A DNA stretch of 64,000 bases, taken from a virus (taxonomy: Duplodnaviria > Heunggongvirae > Uroviricota > Caudoviricetes). The stretch covers positions 11,297 to 75,296 of the IMG/VR virus record IMGVR_UViG_3300018914_000064. One strand, given 5' to 3'. This document shows positions 17,554 through 26,304 of the stretch, in pieces. Below the pieces are notes generated by a model. It was not told the origin of the DNA and made no database searches. It worked only from the letters and a program-made list of their open reading frames with translations. Each line of letters begins with the position of its first letter. The stretch's first letter is position 1. Position numbers and translations under genes: made by a program.

Positions 17554-17865
17554 TATACACGATAAACAACTCGCAATAGCCTTCTGTAAAAAATGTAGAT
17601 GTTAAAGATATAGGAGAATAAAATACGGATTTTAAGGGAAAGGAGAAGATAGATGTATAATGTTTTCCGTGAAGTTAGAAGAGAAACGCAAAAGAACTAT
17701 GGTGGATATTGTAATTTTGTAAGGCAAAGAAATATTGAACCAGTTCCATATCATGTGTTTGCAGATAAATTACATCATCTACATAAGACTGAGTGGGTCA
17801 AAGTAACAATTCAGTTACACAACACTAAATAAAACACGAATTTGATCGAGGAGAGGGGAGATTTA

Positions 17866-18549
17866 GTGAGAAGAATTTTATCATATGAAGATACACATAA
17901 AAATATAAATCATACATTACATAAAATGTGTTTGATATGCGAAGAATGGTTTCCCTGTACCGAGGAGCATTTTCACAAAAACAAGAAGAATAAGACTGAT
18001 GGACTTTATCCTTATTGCAAACCATGCGCTCGTAAAAAATCAATAGAGTGGAATCATTCAAATTATGAAAGATATCGTGCCAACGTAGATCGACATAAGG
18101 ATGATGAAATTACTAAGCAGAAGCATCGTAGAAATGCACAACGAAGGAAGAAAAATGGACTACATCAAGAATGGTTAGATAAAAACAAAGACAGACAAAG
18201 AATGTACGGAGAAAGAAGAAGTATTAAAAATCATAATATCACCGATGAAGAGTGGGACGACTGCCGACAATACTTTAACTTTAGATGTGCTTATTGTGGG
18301 AAAACATGGGAGCAAAATAAGTTAGAAACAAGAAAGGATTTGCATCGTGAGCACGTAGATGACGAAGGTGCAAATGATTTAAGTAACTGTGTACCAGCGT
18401 GCAGAAACTGTAATAGTTATAAATGGAAGTTCTCTTTAGATGAGTGGTACAACGAAAAAAATCCAGTGTTTAATCAAGAAAGACTAGAAAAAATTCTCAA
18501 GTGGATTAATGAAGATTATAAGAAATACATACGAAACAAAACCCTATAA
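17866..18549 (+). CDS. HNH endonuclease (about 227 aa).
   Basis: GTG start after GAGGAGAGGGGAG. C-terminal CAYCG...HREHV...NCVPACRNCNSYK HNH/zinc motif. N-terminal CxxC...CxxC. Confidence 0.75.
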   Translation: MRRILSYEDTHKNINHTLHKMCLICEEWFPCTEEHFHKNKKNKTDGLYPYCKPCARKKSIEWNHSNYERYRANVDRHKDDEITKQKHRRNAQRRKKNGLHQEWLDKNKDRQRMYGERRSIKNHNITDEEWDDCRQYFNFRCAYCGKTWEQNKLETRKDLHREHVDDEGANDLSNCVPACRNCNSYKWKFSLDEWYNEKNPVFNQERLEKILKWINEDYKKYIRNKTL

Positions 18550-18622
18550 AGTAGTGAATTTATCAAAAAATAAATAGCAGTTGACAAATAATAAATAAAA
18601 ATATACTGTAAAGGTGTAGAAA

Positions 18623-18991
18623 ATGAGACATGAACGTTGGATCAACCTCTGTCTTAGACTGACAAGTAAGAGTAAAATGCCAGAACATAAACACGCATCG
18701 GTTTTAGTTAAGGGAGGGAAGGTTTTATCAATCGGTATTAATAAGTCAAAGGCAGGAATCTTAGCCGATCAAGTTTACGGTCTAAAGGGCTGGCACAGTG
18801 AAGCCGATTGCTTACTATCAATACATAAAGATCGAATTAAGGACGCGGTACTGTACGTTGGAGGGGTTACTAAGACGAAGAAACTCGTGAACAGTAAACC
18901 TTGTCCATGCTGTCAGGAGTTTATCAGTAAATACAACCTCAAAGGAGTATTTTATCATGATCAATACGGTAACGTGTGCCAATATGCTTAA
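18623..18991 (+). CDS. Cytidine/deoxycytidylate deaminase-fold zinc protein (122 aa).
   Basis: HSEADCL ... PCPCCQEF matches the H(A/C)E...PCxxC zinc-binding signature. Confidence 0.5.
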   Translation: MRHERWINLCLRLTSKSKMPEHKHASVLVKGGKVLSIGINKSKAGILADQVYGLKGWHSEADCLLSIHKDRIKDAVLYVGGVTKTKKLVNSKPCPCCQEFISKYNLKGVFYHDQYGNVCQYA

Positions 18992-19376
18992 AACTATTCT
19001 TGGAGTGATTCCAGTTGAAGTGAATATGATTCGAGAAATCAACTTTGACAAAGAAATAGAAAATAAAAATAATAAACCATATGTGTATTATGATGAGGGC
19101 AACGGGGTTCTCAAAGTGTTTAGAGTTAACAAAAAGAATTTGGAGACGTTGTTTACCGCGTATGACTACGGTGAATTGACATCACCTTTTGTTAGCAATT
19201 TTGATGCTTGTCTGTACTTGGATAAAGACCGAGATGGGAAGGCGATCAAAGCCTTACCGACTGAACAGCAGAAACAAATTAAGAATAGCATGTTTGGCTG
19301 CGTTCAGTTCAAGAGCTTTGATGAGTTTATTAGGGTGGTTGGGTTGATTAAAGACAAGATTCAATGGACTGTATAA
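18957..19376 (+). CDS. Hypothetical protein (start uncertain).
   Basis: ORF overlaps the deaminase 3' end. Internal Mets at about 18984 and 19027 are alternative starts. Confidence 0.4.
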   Translation: MINTVTCANMLKTILGVIPVEVNMIREINFDKEIENKNNKPYVYYDEGNGVLKVFRVNKKNLETLFTAYDYGELTSPFVSNFDACLYLDKDRDGKAIKALPTEQQKQIKNSMFGCVQFKSFDEFIRVVGLIKDKIQWTV

Positions 19377-19402
19377 AAGACGTGTTTGATTTAGAAAGGA
19401 GA

Positions 19403-20086
19403 ATGATTGCTTTCGACTTTAAAAAAGCATTGGAACGTATAAATTCGGAAGAGTATAAGCAAGAAGAGGCAAAAAGAGAAGAAAAAGAACGACAGCAGGA
19501 GGAATTGAGGAAACAAACAGCGTGCTTTACTGGACATAGACCTGATAAATATGGGGACTACGACATTAAGCATGAGAAAAATAAGCCAATTATCAAAGCA
19601 TTAATCAATGCAATTGAAGTAGCAATCAAGCAAGAAAATGTTAATCGGTTTATTTCAGGTGGAGCAATTGGAGTGGACACTTTAGCGTTTTACTCAGTAC
19701 ATAAGCTTAAAGAAAAGTATCCAAATATCAAGAACATATTGTCGATTCCTTTTGAGCAGCAAGATAAAGTTTGGTCTGGTGAACAAAAGAAGTGGTATCG
19801 GAGAATGATCGAACTCGCTGATGAAGTAATTTACGTTGATACGCTTGACGATTATAAAATAAAAGATTTACCAATAGGTGAGTATAATCCTGTAAAGATG
19901 CAGAAACGTAATGAGCACATGGTTGATAATAGTTTTGTGGTGATAGCGTTTTGGGATGGTTCAAGTGGTGGTACAAGCAATTGTGTTAAATATGCAAGGA
20001 AACAGTATGTAGATAGGGTACTTTATAGGATTGATCCACGTTATAACTGTGAACTGGATGTTAGATATATAGGAAATGGATTGTAG
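19403..20086 (+). CDS. YpsA/DUF1273-like (SLOG-family) protein.
   Basis: RBS AAAGGAG before ATG 19403. The FTGHRP motif is characteristic of the Bacillus YpsA family. Confidence 0.5.
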   Translation: MIAFDFKKALERINSEEYKQEEAKREEKERQQEELRKQTACFTGHRPDKYGDYDIKHEKNKPIIKALINAIEVAIKQENVNRFISGGAIGVDTLAFYSVHKLKEKYPNIKNILSIPFEQQDKVWSGEQKKWYRRMIELADEVIYVDTLDDYKIKDLPIGEYNPVKMQKRNEHMVDNSFVVIAFWDGSSGGTSNCVKYARKQYVDRVLYRIDPRYNCELDVRYIGNGL

Positions 20087-20093
20087 GAGGTAG

Positions 20094-20685
20094 CGAACTA
20101 TAGAGGGTGAAATTTGTTCAATTTGTGGTCAATTCAAATTGCTACAAGAGTATTATTCGCAACAAAAGTTTTCTAAAAAACGTGGAGAGTATACATATTA
20201 TCATCCAGAATGCAAGGAATGTTCAATTAAAAAAGCAGCAGATTGGATAGAAACAATCCAGATAAGTGGAAACCGATTTACACTAAAAGAAATCATGATC
20301 CTCGACACAAAATTGAAAATCAGGTAAAGCAAGAGAGTGGCAACGAAAACATCCAGATAAAATTAAACAGTATAATAACAGAAGAAATTCAACTAGAAAA
20401 CATGAAATTACGCCAAGAGAATGGGATGATTGTAGGCAATATTTTAACTTTCGCTGTGCCTATTGCGGTAAGACATGGGAAGAGAATAAGAAGGAAACTA
20501 AAAAAGACTTACATAAGGATCATGTGATTCCTGATGAACGAAACGATTTGAAGAATTGTGTGCCTGCTTGTCAGAGTTGCAATTCGAGTAAGGGTGATTT
20601 ATCATTAAACACTTGGTACAACAAAAATAATCCAAATTATACATATGAAAGATATATAAAAAAATATGAATGGATGCCGATTTGA
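20094..20685 (+). pseudogene. Degenerate paralog of the 17866-18549 HNH endonuclease, broken by two frameshifts.
   Basis: Three ORF-track pieces sit in three different frames but align in order to the intact copy. The last frame carries CAYCGKTWEENK...HKDHVIPDERNDLKNCVPACQSCNSSKG. There is no intact N-terminus. Confidence 0.6.
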
Positions 20686-20836
20686 TTGTCGTAAATTCAT
20701 TAAGAAAAAGCAACCGAAAAGAAAATACACCAAAAGAAAGCTGACTAAATAAAAGAATGACTAAAACCAACTACTGAATGTGAGGTTATTGTAACGCCAG
20801 AGCGCGATTTAAAGGAAAAGGAGTGGAGGATTTAGG

Positions 20837-21223
20837 ATGACAATTAGAAGTGAATTACATAAAACATTATGGGAGGTTGAAGATGTCTTACGTGACATAG
20901 CGAGAACAGGTGTAGAACATGTGTCACCAACATACATAGCAAATGAAATATCAAAAAGTATAGATGATGTAATGGAATGTCTCATCCATATTCAGTCTCA
21001 AAAAGAACCAGTAAAAGGGAAATTAATGCTTAGAGTTCTTTGCCCAGTGCATCAATCTGTTCTTGAAGAGATTAGGGGAGTTTGGTTGAAAGGATTGTTA
21101 GAACAAATCAAAGATGATTATTGGTGTGGAAAATGTATTGAACGAAAGCCAGTTGATACAGAGTATATAGAGATTACATTTGAAATAAGTGATGAATATT
21201 TGAAGTTTTGCAAATCCAATTAA
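20837..21223 (+). CDS. Hypothetical protein (128 aa).
   Basis: RBS AAGGAGTGGAGG upstream. Confidence 0.5.
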   Translation: MTIRSELHKTLWEVEDVLRDIARTGVEHVSPTYIANEISKSIDDVMECLIHIQSQKEPVKGKLMLRVLCPVHQSVLEEIRGVWLKGLLEQIKDDYWCGKCIERKPVDTEYIEITFEISDEYLKFCKSN

Positions 21224-21235
21224 AGAAGGAATTTA

Positions 21236-21484
21236 TTGAAAAATAGAAATAAAAATGGAGGTGGATACAGTTTGGATGAAGTGATTTTTGTAGTTAATAT
21301 CCAAGATTTTGCATATGAAAAGCCAATGGTTAAGGTAGAGTATGCTGGAAAAAGTGCTCGACTTGCTTATGAATCATATGACAAAGCAACTTCATGTGAT
21401 GATGGGAAACTGAGGATTACATTGGATATTATTGAAGGGGCATTCTCAAGACGATTAAAGACTCATGAGCCAAAAGGTGTTTAA
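21236..21484 (+). CDS. Hypothetical protein (82 aa).
   Basis: ORF within the co-directional early cluster. Confidence 0.4.
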   Translation: MKNRNKNGGGYSLDEVIFVVNIQDFAYEKPMVKVEYAGKSARLAYESYDKATSCDDGKLRITLDIIEGAFSRRLKTHEPKGV

Positions 21485-21494
21485 GGAGGTAACT

Positions 21495-21776
21495 ATGTCA
21501 CGAACAGCAGAGGAACGTGAAACTTGTTTGCATTGTGATGATGCAACGAATACATGGACAATTTATACAGCGCAGCAAAAGGTAATAACAAAATTAAAAC
21601 GTGCAGGGTTTGAACCTTATAAAATTCAAGAAGATGGAGCGCATTGGTATAAAGATATCCCGTTTGAGCGAATTTCGTTTCGCTCTGAGAGTAAGGGAAG
21701 AAACATGAGTGAGGAACAACGTCGGGCGGCGGCGGAACGATTGAGAAAGGCTAGGGAGAAGAAAGGAGGAGAATAG
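21495..21776 (+). CDS. Hypothetical protein.
   Basis: RBS AAGGAGGT before ATG 21495. Basic C-terminus. Confidence 0.5.
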   Translation: MSRTAEERETCLHCDDATNTWTIYTAQQKVITKLKRAGFEPYKIQEDGAHWYKDIPFERISFRSESKGRNMSEEQRRAAAERLRKAREKKGGE

Positions 21777-21779
21777 TCA

Positions 21780-22208
21780 GTGCATTATCATGAAATTAAA
21801 GATAAATTAAGGGCTGGAGACATTGTATACATATGCGATTACCGTTTCAACAATGTAGACGAGAAACCAATTAGACATGTGAAACCACAAAAAGCTATGG
21901 TTTTTAGTAATGACGATCTACCCAAGAATAAAAGAGTATATTACTCAAAACATCACTTTAGACCATTGAATGCAAAAGGGAATCCAACGAGTAAAATCAT
22001 CGCACCTTACGATAATACAGGATATAGATCTTATACAGGTGTATCTTTAAATATTTTCTTCACTGAAGCCGAATGCCTAAGTTTTTATAAGAAACAGTGT
22101 GATGAAATCATTGACCGTTTCAATAAGGCCAAGGCTGAAAAATTGAACTATTATGAAAGCAAAATTAATGAGATTAAACAAGAATATGTAAATTTGTTAA
22201 AAGGATGA
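21780..22208 (+). CDS. Hypothetical protein (142 aa).
   Basis: GTG start, contiguous with the upstream gene. Confidence 0.45.
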   Translation: MHYHEIKDKLRAGDIVYICDYRFNNVDEKPIRHVKPQKAMVFSNDDLPKNKRVYYSKHHFRPLNAKGNPTSKIIAPYDNTGYRSYTGVSLNIFFTEAECLSFYKKQCDEIIDRFNKAKAEKLNYYESKINEIKQEYVNLLKG

Positions 22209-22265
22209 TTGCATGAGGAGTGATATAGATATGAGGTTACTGGATCAGGGATGCACTTGTGAAAA

Positions 22266-22511
22266 TTGGATAAAATATACAAGGAAATCTTATCAGAGTC
22301 ACATGAATTGCAACTGTTGGATCGCTCATATAAGTTTGGGGTTGCATCTGTTGTTGCATCACTACACAAATGGTGTGACTATTTGAAGAAAGAGGGGACT
22401 AACTCTGTTACGCCAGAGCAGGTTAAATATGCATTCTTGGATTGGGTTTCATATGATATGGAAATTAATCTGCTGTTCAATCGTCTATTGGATGCTGAAA
22501 AAAGTGAATAA
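22266..22511 (+). CDS. Hypothetical protein (81 aa).
   Basis: TTG start. Last plus-strand gene before the antisense pair. Confidence 0.4.
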   Translation: MDKIYKEILSESHELQLLDRSYKFGVASVVASLHKWCDYLKKEGTNSVTPEQVKYAFLDWVSYDMEINLLFNRLLDAEKSE

Positions 22512-22525
22512 AAGATCCGTTTGAT

Positions 22526-22552
22526 CGCAAAAAATCCACGCGACTAACGTGG
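22526..22552 (-). terminator. Terminator of the antisense Zn-ribbon gene.
   Basis: UCCACG / CGUGGA stem on the minus transcript. The stop codon sits in the loop. UUUUUU follows. Confidence 0.5.
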
Positions 22553-22765
22553 ACTCTCTGCGCGAAACTTATTAAGTAAAACATTGGCTCGTGCCTGTAT
22601 TGCGCCTTCTCTCTTCTTGCTCTTAATTTCTTTTTGCGGGTCATCAGGCAAAGGATGTTCAGGAATATCTTTAAAGAAGCAATCAAAACACACTGGAACT
22701 TGGTCATTTATAAGTAGTTTTTGGAACTCTATTAATTCTTGCTTGCATACAAAACAAGTGTTCAC
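22544..22765 (-). CDS. Small Zn-ribbon protein (73 aa), paralog A.
   Basis: CFVCKQ...VCFDCFF gives two CxxC pairs. About 45% identical to the 22883-23104 product. Confidence 0.55.
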   Translation of the reverse strand: MNTCFVCKQELIEFQKLLINDQVPVCFDCFFKDIPEHPLPDDPQKEIKSKKREGAIQARANVLLNKFRAESPR

Positions 22766-22870
22766 AAGTATCCACCTCCTATATAAACAAATAAATTATA
22801 GGCGAAATGGATGAGTCAAAGCAAATAGTAAACGATGGGTTTAGATCCAATAAAAGTTTAATTTCATAGA

Positions 22871-22894
22871 AAATCCACGATGTTATCGTGGATT
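22871..22894 (-). terminator. Terminator of the second antisense Zn-ribbon gene.
   Basis: AUCCACGAU / AUCGUGGAU 9-bp stem with the stop in the loop. UUUUCU follows. Confidence 0.5.
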
Positions 22895-23104
22895 CATGGA
22901 GTGATACTTTTCAAGTATAGCGGATGCTTTCTTTTGAATGGCCTCATCTCTTAGATTGCGCTTCAACTCTTTATTTTTATCTACAAATGAAGGCTGATCG
23001 GGAATTCCTTCAAAAAAACAATCAAAGCATACTTCGACTTTATTTTCAATTTCAAGTTTTTGTGCAACTGGAATTGTTTTCTGGCACATAAAGCAAATAT
23101 TCAT
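22883..23104 (-). CDS. Small Zn-ribbon protein (73 aa), paralog B.
   Basis: CFMCQK...VCFDCFF. Same architecture as paralog A. Confidence 0.55.
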   Translation of the reverse strand: MNICFMCQKTIPVAQKLEIENKVEVCFDCFFEGIPDQPSFVDKNKELKRNLRDEAIQKKASAILEKYHSMNPR

Positions 23105-23135
23105 TACAATCGCCCCCTTGTTAAAAACAACTTTG

Positions 23136-23164
23136 AGTATATATTAATTGTATAAAGCTCACAA
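23136..23164 (-). promoter_or_regulatory. SigmaA-type promoter for the antisense Zn-ribbon genes.
   Basis: On the minus strand: TTGTGA, 17 nt, TATACT, about 30 nt upstream of ATG 23104. Confidence 0.45.
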
Positions 23165-23215
23165 GCGGGAATGAATGGTTTTAATTGAAGGTTGAATTGC
23201 ATTTAAATATATTAA

Positions 23216-23262
23216 CTAAAAATAATATGTAGACAACTAAACATAATCATGATATAGTTAGA
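23216..23262 (+). promoter_or_regulatory. Phage promoter-like element: A-tract, TAGACA, 17 nt, TATAGT.
   Basis: CTAAAAATAATATGTAGACAAC is a twin of 16493. A second motif CAAAAATAACTTGTAAAACAT lies at 23332-23352, just before the 23373 gene. Confidence 0.4.
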
Positions 23263-23372
23263 TAAGTGAAAACGAGGTGAACTGATGACAGATATGAGAG
23301 CACCGCCCAAATGCAAGTAATTACATTGAAAACAAAAATAACTTGTAAAACATAAGGGAGGAAATATACATA

Positions 23373-24410
23373 ATGGCAGAAAATAAAGGACTTGGACTAC
23401 CACAAACGAAAGGAATGTTTCAACTTCGAGGGCTAGTCACAGGGATGAAACGAGAGAATGCGCTGAAGACTGGCGAGACAAAAACAAAGAAAAAACGTAA
23501 TGTGCTCAATCTTGGGATTACAACTGCCCCTGAATCAACAGTCTATGTTACGATTGAAGGCATGGAAAAAAGTGAAGTTTATTTTGGTAAGAAATCAGAA
23601 GTTAAGGGCGAAAAAGGTGAAACAATTAAAGTACCTTGGGTGAAGCGATTTGATAAACAGCCAGAAGGATTTAAGCTATATGGAGTACAGCTTGGTATTG
23701 AGAAGGACCTAGAAGGAAATAACATCAAAAAAACTTTGACTGAATACGATGCGACAACTGAAATTCACAAAAAACTTCAAGACGGTCAAAGTGTTTTCGT
23801 TCGTGGTGACATTGAATTCTCGTCTTACAAGTCCAATGATGAAATTCGTAAAAACAAAAAATTTATTATTAAGAACCTGTATCTATCAAAAGATGTTGAT
23901 TTCGATGACGAGAATTTTAAAGAAGTCAATGATTTTAAGCAGCGCATCATTTACATGGGAATCGAAAAAATTGACGACAAAAACGATCCTCGTTTCCAAG
24001 TGAATGCAAAAATTGTTACATATCAATCGGTCGAAGATGCTGATTTTATTATTCGTGATGCTGCTTTGGCAAACGTTTTCCGTAAAGAATTGAAGCCATA
24101 TACAGCAATTGACATCTGGGGGAATATCTACAACAAGATTGACTCTGAAGAGGTTCAAGAAGCGGCAAAGTCCGTGTGGGGGCAGCAAGACTCCTTCAAA
24201 CAAGTAAAAAATAATTACATTCGAGAACTGGTAATTACAGGAGCAGATCCAGAGTCCATTGACAAGGAAACATATAGTGAGCAGATCATTGAGGACGCTC
24301 TACGCGCTTATAAAGAATTCGGAGCTTCCAATGACAATACAGAGGGCTCATGGGGTTCTAAACGAGAAGATAATGATCCAGGCTCTTCTGACGATGACTT
24401 ACCTTGGTAA
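23373..24410 (+). CDS. Putative ssDNA-binding/recombination protein with an SSB-like acidic tail (345 aa).
   Basis: C-terminal GSSDDDLPW resembles the SSB DDDIPF tail. Lies at the head of the replication module. A start at Met 23415 is possible. Confidence 0.35.
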   Translation: MAENKGLGLPQTKGMFQLRGLVTGMKRENALKTGETKTKKKRNVLNLGITTAPESTVYVTIEGMEKSEVYFGKKSEVKGEKGETIKVPWVKRFDKQPEGFKLYGVQLGIEKDLEGNNIKKTLTEYDATTEIHKKLQDGQSVFVRGDIEFSSYKSNDEIRKNKKFIIKNLYLSKDVDFDDENFKEVNDFKQRIIYMGIEKIDDKNDPRFQVNAKIVTYQSVEDADFIIRDAALANVFRKELKPYTAIDIWGNIYNKIDSEEVQEAAKSVWGQQDSFKQVKNNYIRELVITGADPESIDKETYSEQIIEDALRAYKEFGASNDNTEGSWGSKREDNDPGSSDDDLPW

Positions 24411-24450
24411 ACAAAATCATATAGTACAAACACAATAGGGAGGGAAAGTT

Positions 24451-25596
24451 TTGGCAAAGGCAAAACGTGGTAGCGTAGTTAAAAAAGGACTTAAATTTTT
24501 CGTCTATGGAGAGCAAGGAACTTGGAAGTCTTCATTTGCACTTGGAATGGCGAAGATGAAATCTGAAGAAGGTAAGCCATTGCGAGTTCTATATATCGAT
24601 TGTGAAACAGGAAGTGTAGACAACTATCTGGAGGATTTGGAGAACGAAGGCATTGATTTAAATAACATCCTCTTAGTATACACAACTTCTTACTCTGAAG
24701 TTGAAGAATGGGCTACTAAAGCCATGAATGATGAAGACCTGTACATCGAAGATGATGACGGAAATGAAGTGCTCGCACTGGATGCTGATGGAAATCCATT
24801 TAGAGCAGATGTAATTGTAGTCGATGGCATTACGGTTATCAGCGATAACGTAAAGTTTGCAGCTATTGGTGTGTCAGAAAAACGTGCACGTCTGAAAGCT
24901 AAAGCACAAGAAAAAAATGCAACAGAACAGTTTGTAGCAGAAGCCACAGCAGGACTTGAGTTTAAAGACCATGACAAGATTAAAATGAAGGGCAAGAATC
25001 TTTTGCGTAGCCTAATTACAGGCACTGACAAATACGTTGTAGTTACTTCCCGTGAAAAAACTAAGAAGGTAATGCAGAAAGTGGGAGACAAGATGGAACT
25101 GGTAGAGGTCGGAAAGGTTCCTGACACTTGGGAAGGTGCCGAGTATGAGTTTTATACCGTTCTCCGTAATTTCGAGGATGAAGATGGAACAATTAAGTCT
25201 CAAATTATGCGCAAGGATCGAACGCGGGTGTTTGAACAAAATGAGATCATCGACAACCCAACACCCCTGTACTGGCAATCCGTAATTGAAGGTAATCGAG
25301 GAAAACAATCAGTTGTTGTAAAAGATTCACTTGAGTTCAGTGTAGAGAAGGATGAAGATTTGATAGCCAAGGGATTTAGCAAGATTGAAAATTCTTTAGA
25401 TGAAACTAAAGAAGACAGCCAGCCATCAACAGTAGAAGAGTTTCGTAATGCCATTGACAAGTTCATTAAGAATTTGACAGATGCCAAGAAAAAGGCCTTG
25501 CTGCCGAAAGTCAAAAAAGCTGGGTTGCCAGTGGACTACAATAAGATTGATGACTTAAATGTTCTGCAAAAATTTTATGAATTGGTAACAGAATAA
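24451..25596 (+). CDS. RecA-fold / Sak4-like P-loop ATPase (381 aa).
   Basis: VYGEQGTWKS is a deviant Walker A. VIVVDGITVI is a Walker B-like strand. Confidence 0.4.
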   Translation: MAKAKRGSVVKKGLKFFVYGEQGTWKSSFALGMAKMKSEEGKPLRVLYIDCETGSVDNYLEDLENEGIDLNNILLVYTTSYSEVEEWATKAMNDEDLYIEDDDGNEVLALDADGNPFRADVIVVDGITVISDNVKFAAIGVSEKRARLKAKAQEKNATEQFVAEATAGLEFKDHDKIKMKGKNLLRSLITGTDKYVVVTSREKTKKVMQKVGDKMELVEVGKVPDTWEGAEYEFYTVLRNFEDEDGTIKSQIMRKDRTRVFEQNEIIDNPTPLYWQSVIEGNRGKQSVVVKDSLEFSVEKDEDLIAKGFSKIENSLDETKEDSQPSTVEEFRNAIDKFIKNLTDAKKKALLPKVKKAGLPVDYNKIDDLNVLQKFYELVTE

Positions 25597-25606
25597 GTAC
25601 AACTGA

Positions 25607-25635
25607 ATAGGGGAGATTTTTCTCCCCTATTATTT
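25607..25635 (+). terminator. Rho-independent terminator.
   Basis: ataggggaga / tctcccctat 10-bp stem with a TTTT loop, then TATTTT. Confidence 0.6.
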
Positions 25636-25653
25636 TCATAGAGAGGTGTGGAA

Positions 25654-26304
25654 ATGAAGCTAAAATGCAATTATTGCGATCCCACTGTAAAAAAGGGCGG
25701 GAAACAGATAAAATCTATTGATACCGAACGTGACGACTTTATCAGAGAGCCGTCTACGAAAAAATATTATCATACAGAATGCTACAAATTGCATTTAAAA
25801 AATAGAAAACGTATGAGAGATGACGAAATACAACTGCTAGTATCTGAAAGGCTTGTTGCACGAGAACAAGAGCTGAAGGAAGCAATCGAGAAGGATCAAT
25901 TCTTTCAATGGATGATGGATTATTACAATGCGAACTTGCCCTCTTATTTCTATATGAAAGTCAACAGCATTAGAACTGGCAAACACAAGTTAATTAAAGA
26001 ACCTGTGGATTATGCCACCCTGCTAGATATATATCAACATATGGCGAATTATCTTGACAAATTGGCTTTAAAAAAACAATTGTCCATAAATGATCGTATG
26101 AACTACGATTTAGCAGTTGTAATCGGCAACCTTGGTGATTATCGAAGATACAAGGCTAAACAATTAGCCAGTGAAGTAGAGTCAAGTGATATAGAGAAAA
26201 GATTGGAAGATCGTAAGATCATTGAACAAATAAGCAAGAAGCACGAAAGCAATAAAAGAGACGAATTTGATATTACTGATGTAATTGATGAATTACTGCT
26301 ATAG
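25654..26304 (+). CDS. Hypothetical protein with an N-terminal CxxC...C..C...H.C zinc finger.
   Basis: MKLKCNYCDP...YYHTECY. Confidence 0.45.
   Translation: MKLKCNYCDPTVKKGGKQIKSIDTERDDFIREPSTKKYYHTECYKLHLKNRKRMRDDEIQLLVSERLVAREQELKEAIEKDQFFQWMMDYYNANLPSYFYMKVNSIRTGKHKLIKEPVDYATLLDIYQHMANYLDKLALKKQLSINDRMNYDLAVVIGNLGDYRRYKAKQLASEVESSDIEKRLEDRKIIEQISKKHESNKRDEFDITDVIDELLL

Noticed and set aside
20243-20527. The 94-aa and 62-aa track ORFs at 20139-20527, read as separate genes.
   Set aside because: They are out-of-frame pieces of the decayed HNH paralog and are reported as one pseudogene.
20781-22410. The 10-mer ACGCCAGAGC occurring twice, at 20785 and 22399.
   Set aside because: Only 10 bp are shared and one copy is inside a CDS. 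The chance expectation in 64 kb is not negligible, and the two copies share no flanking structure.
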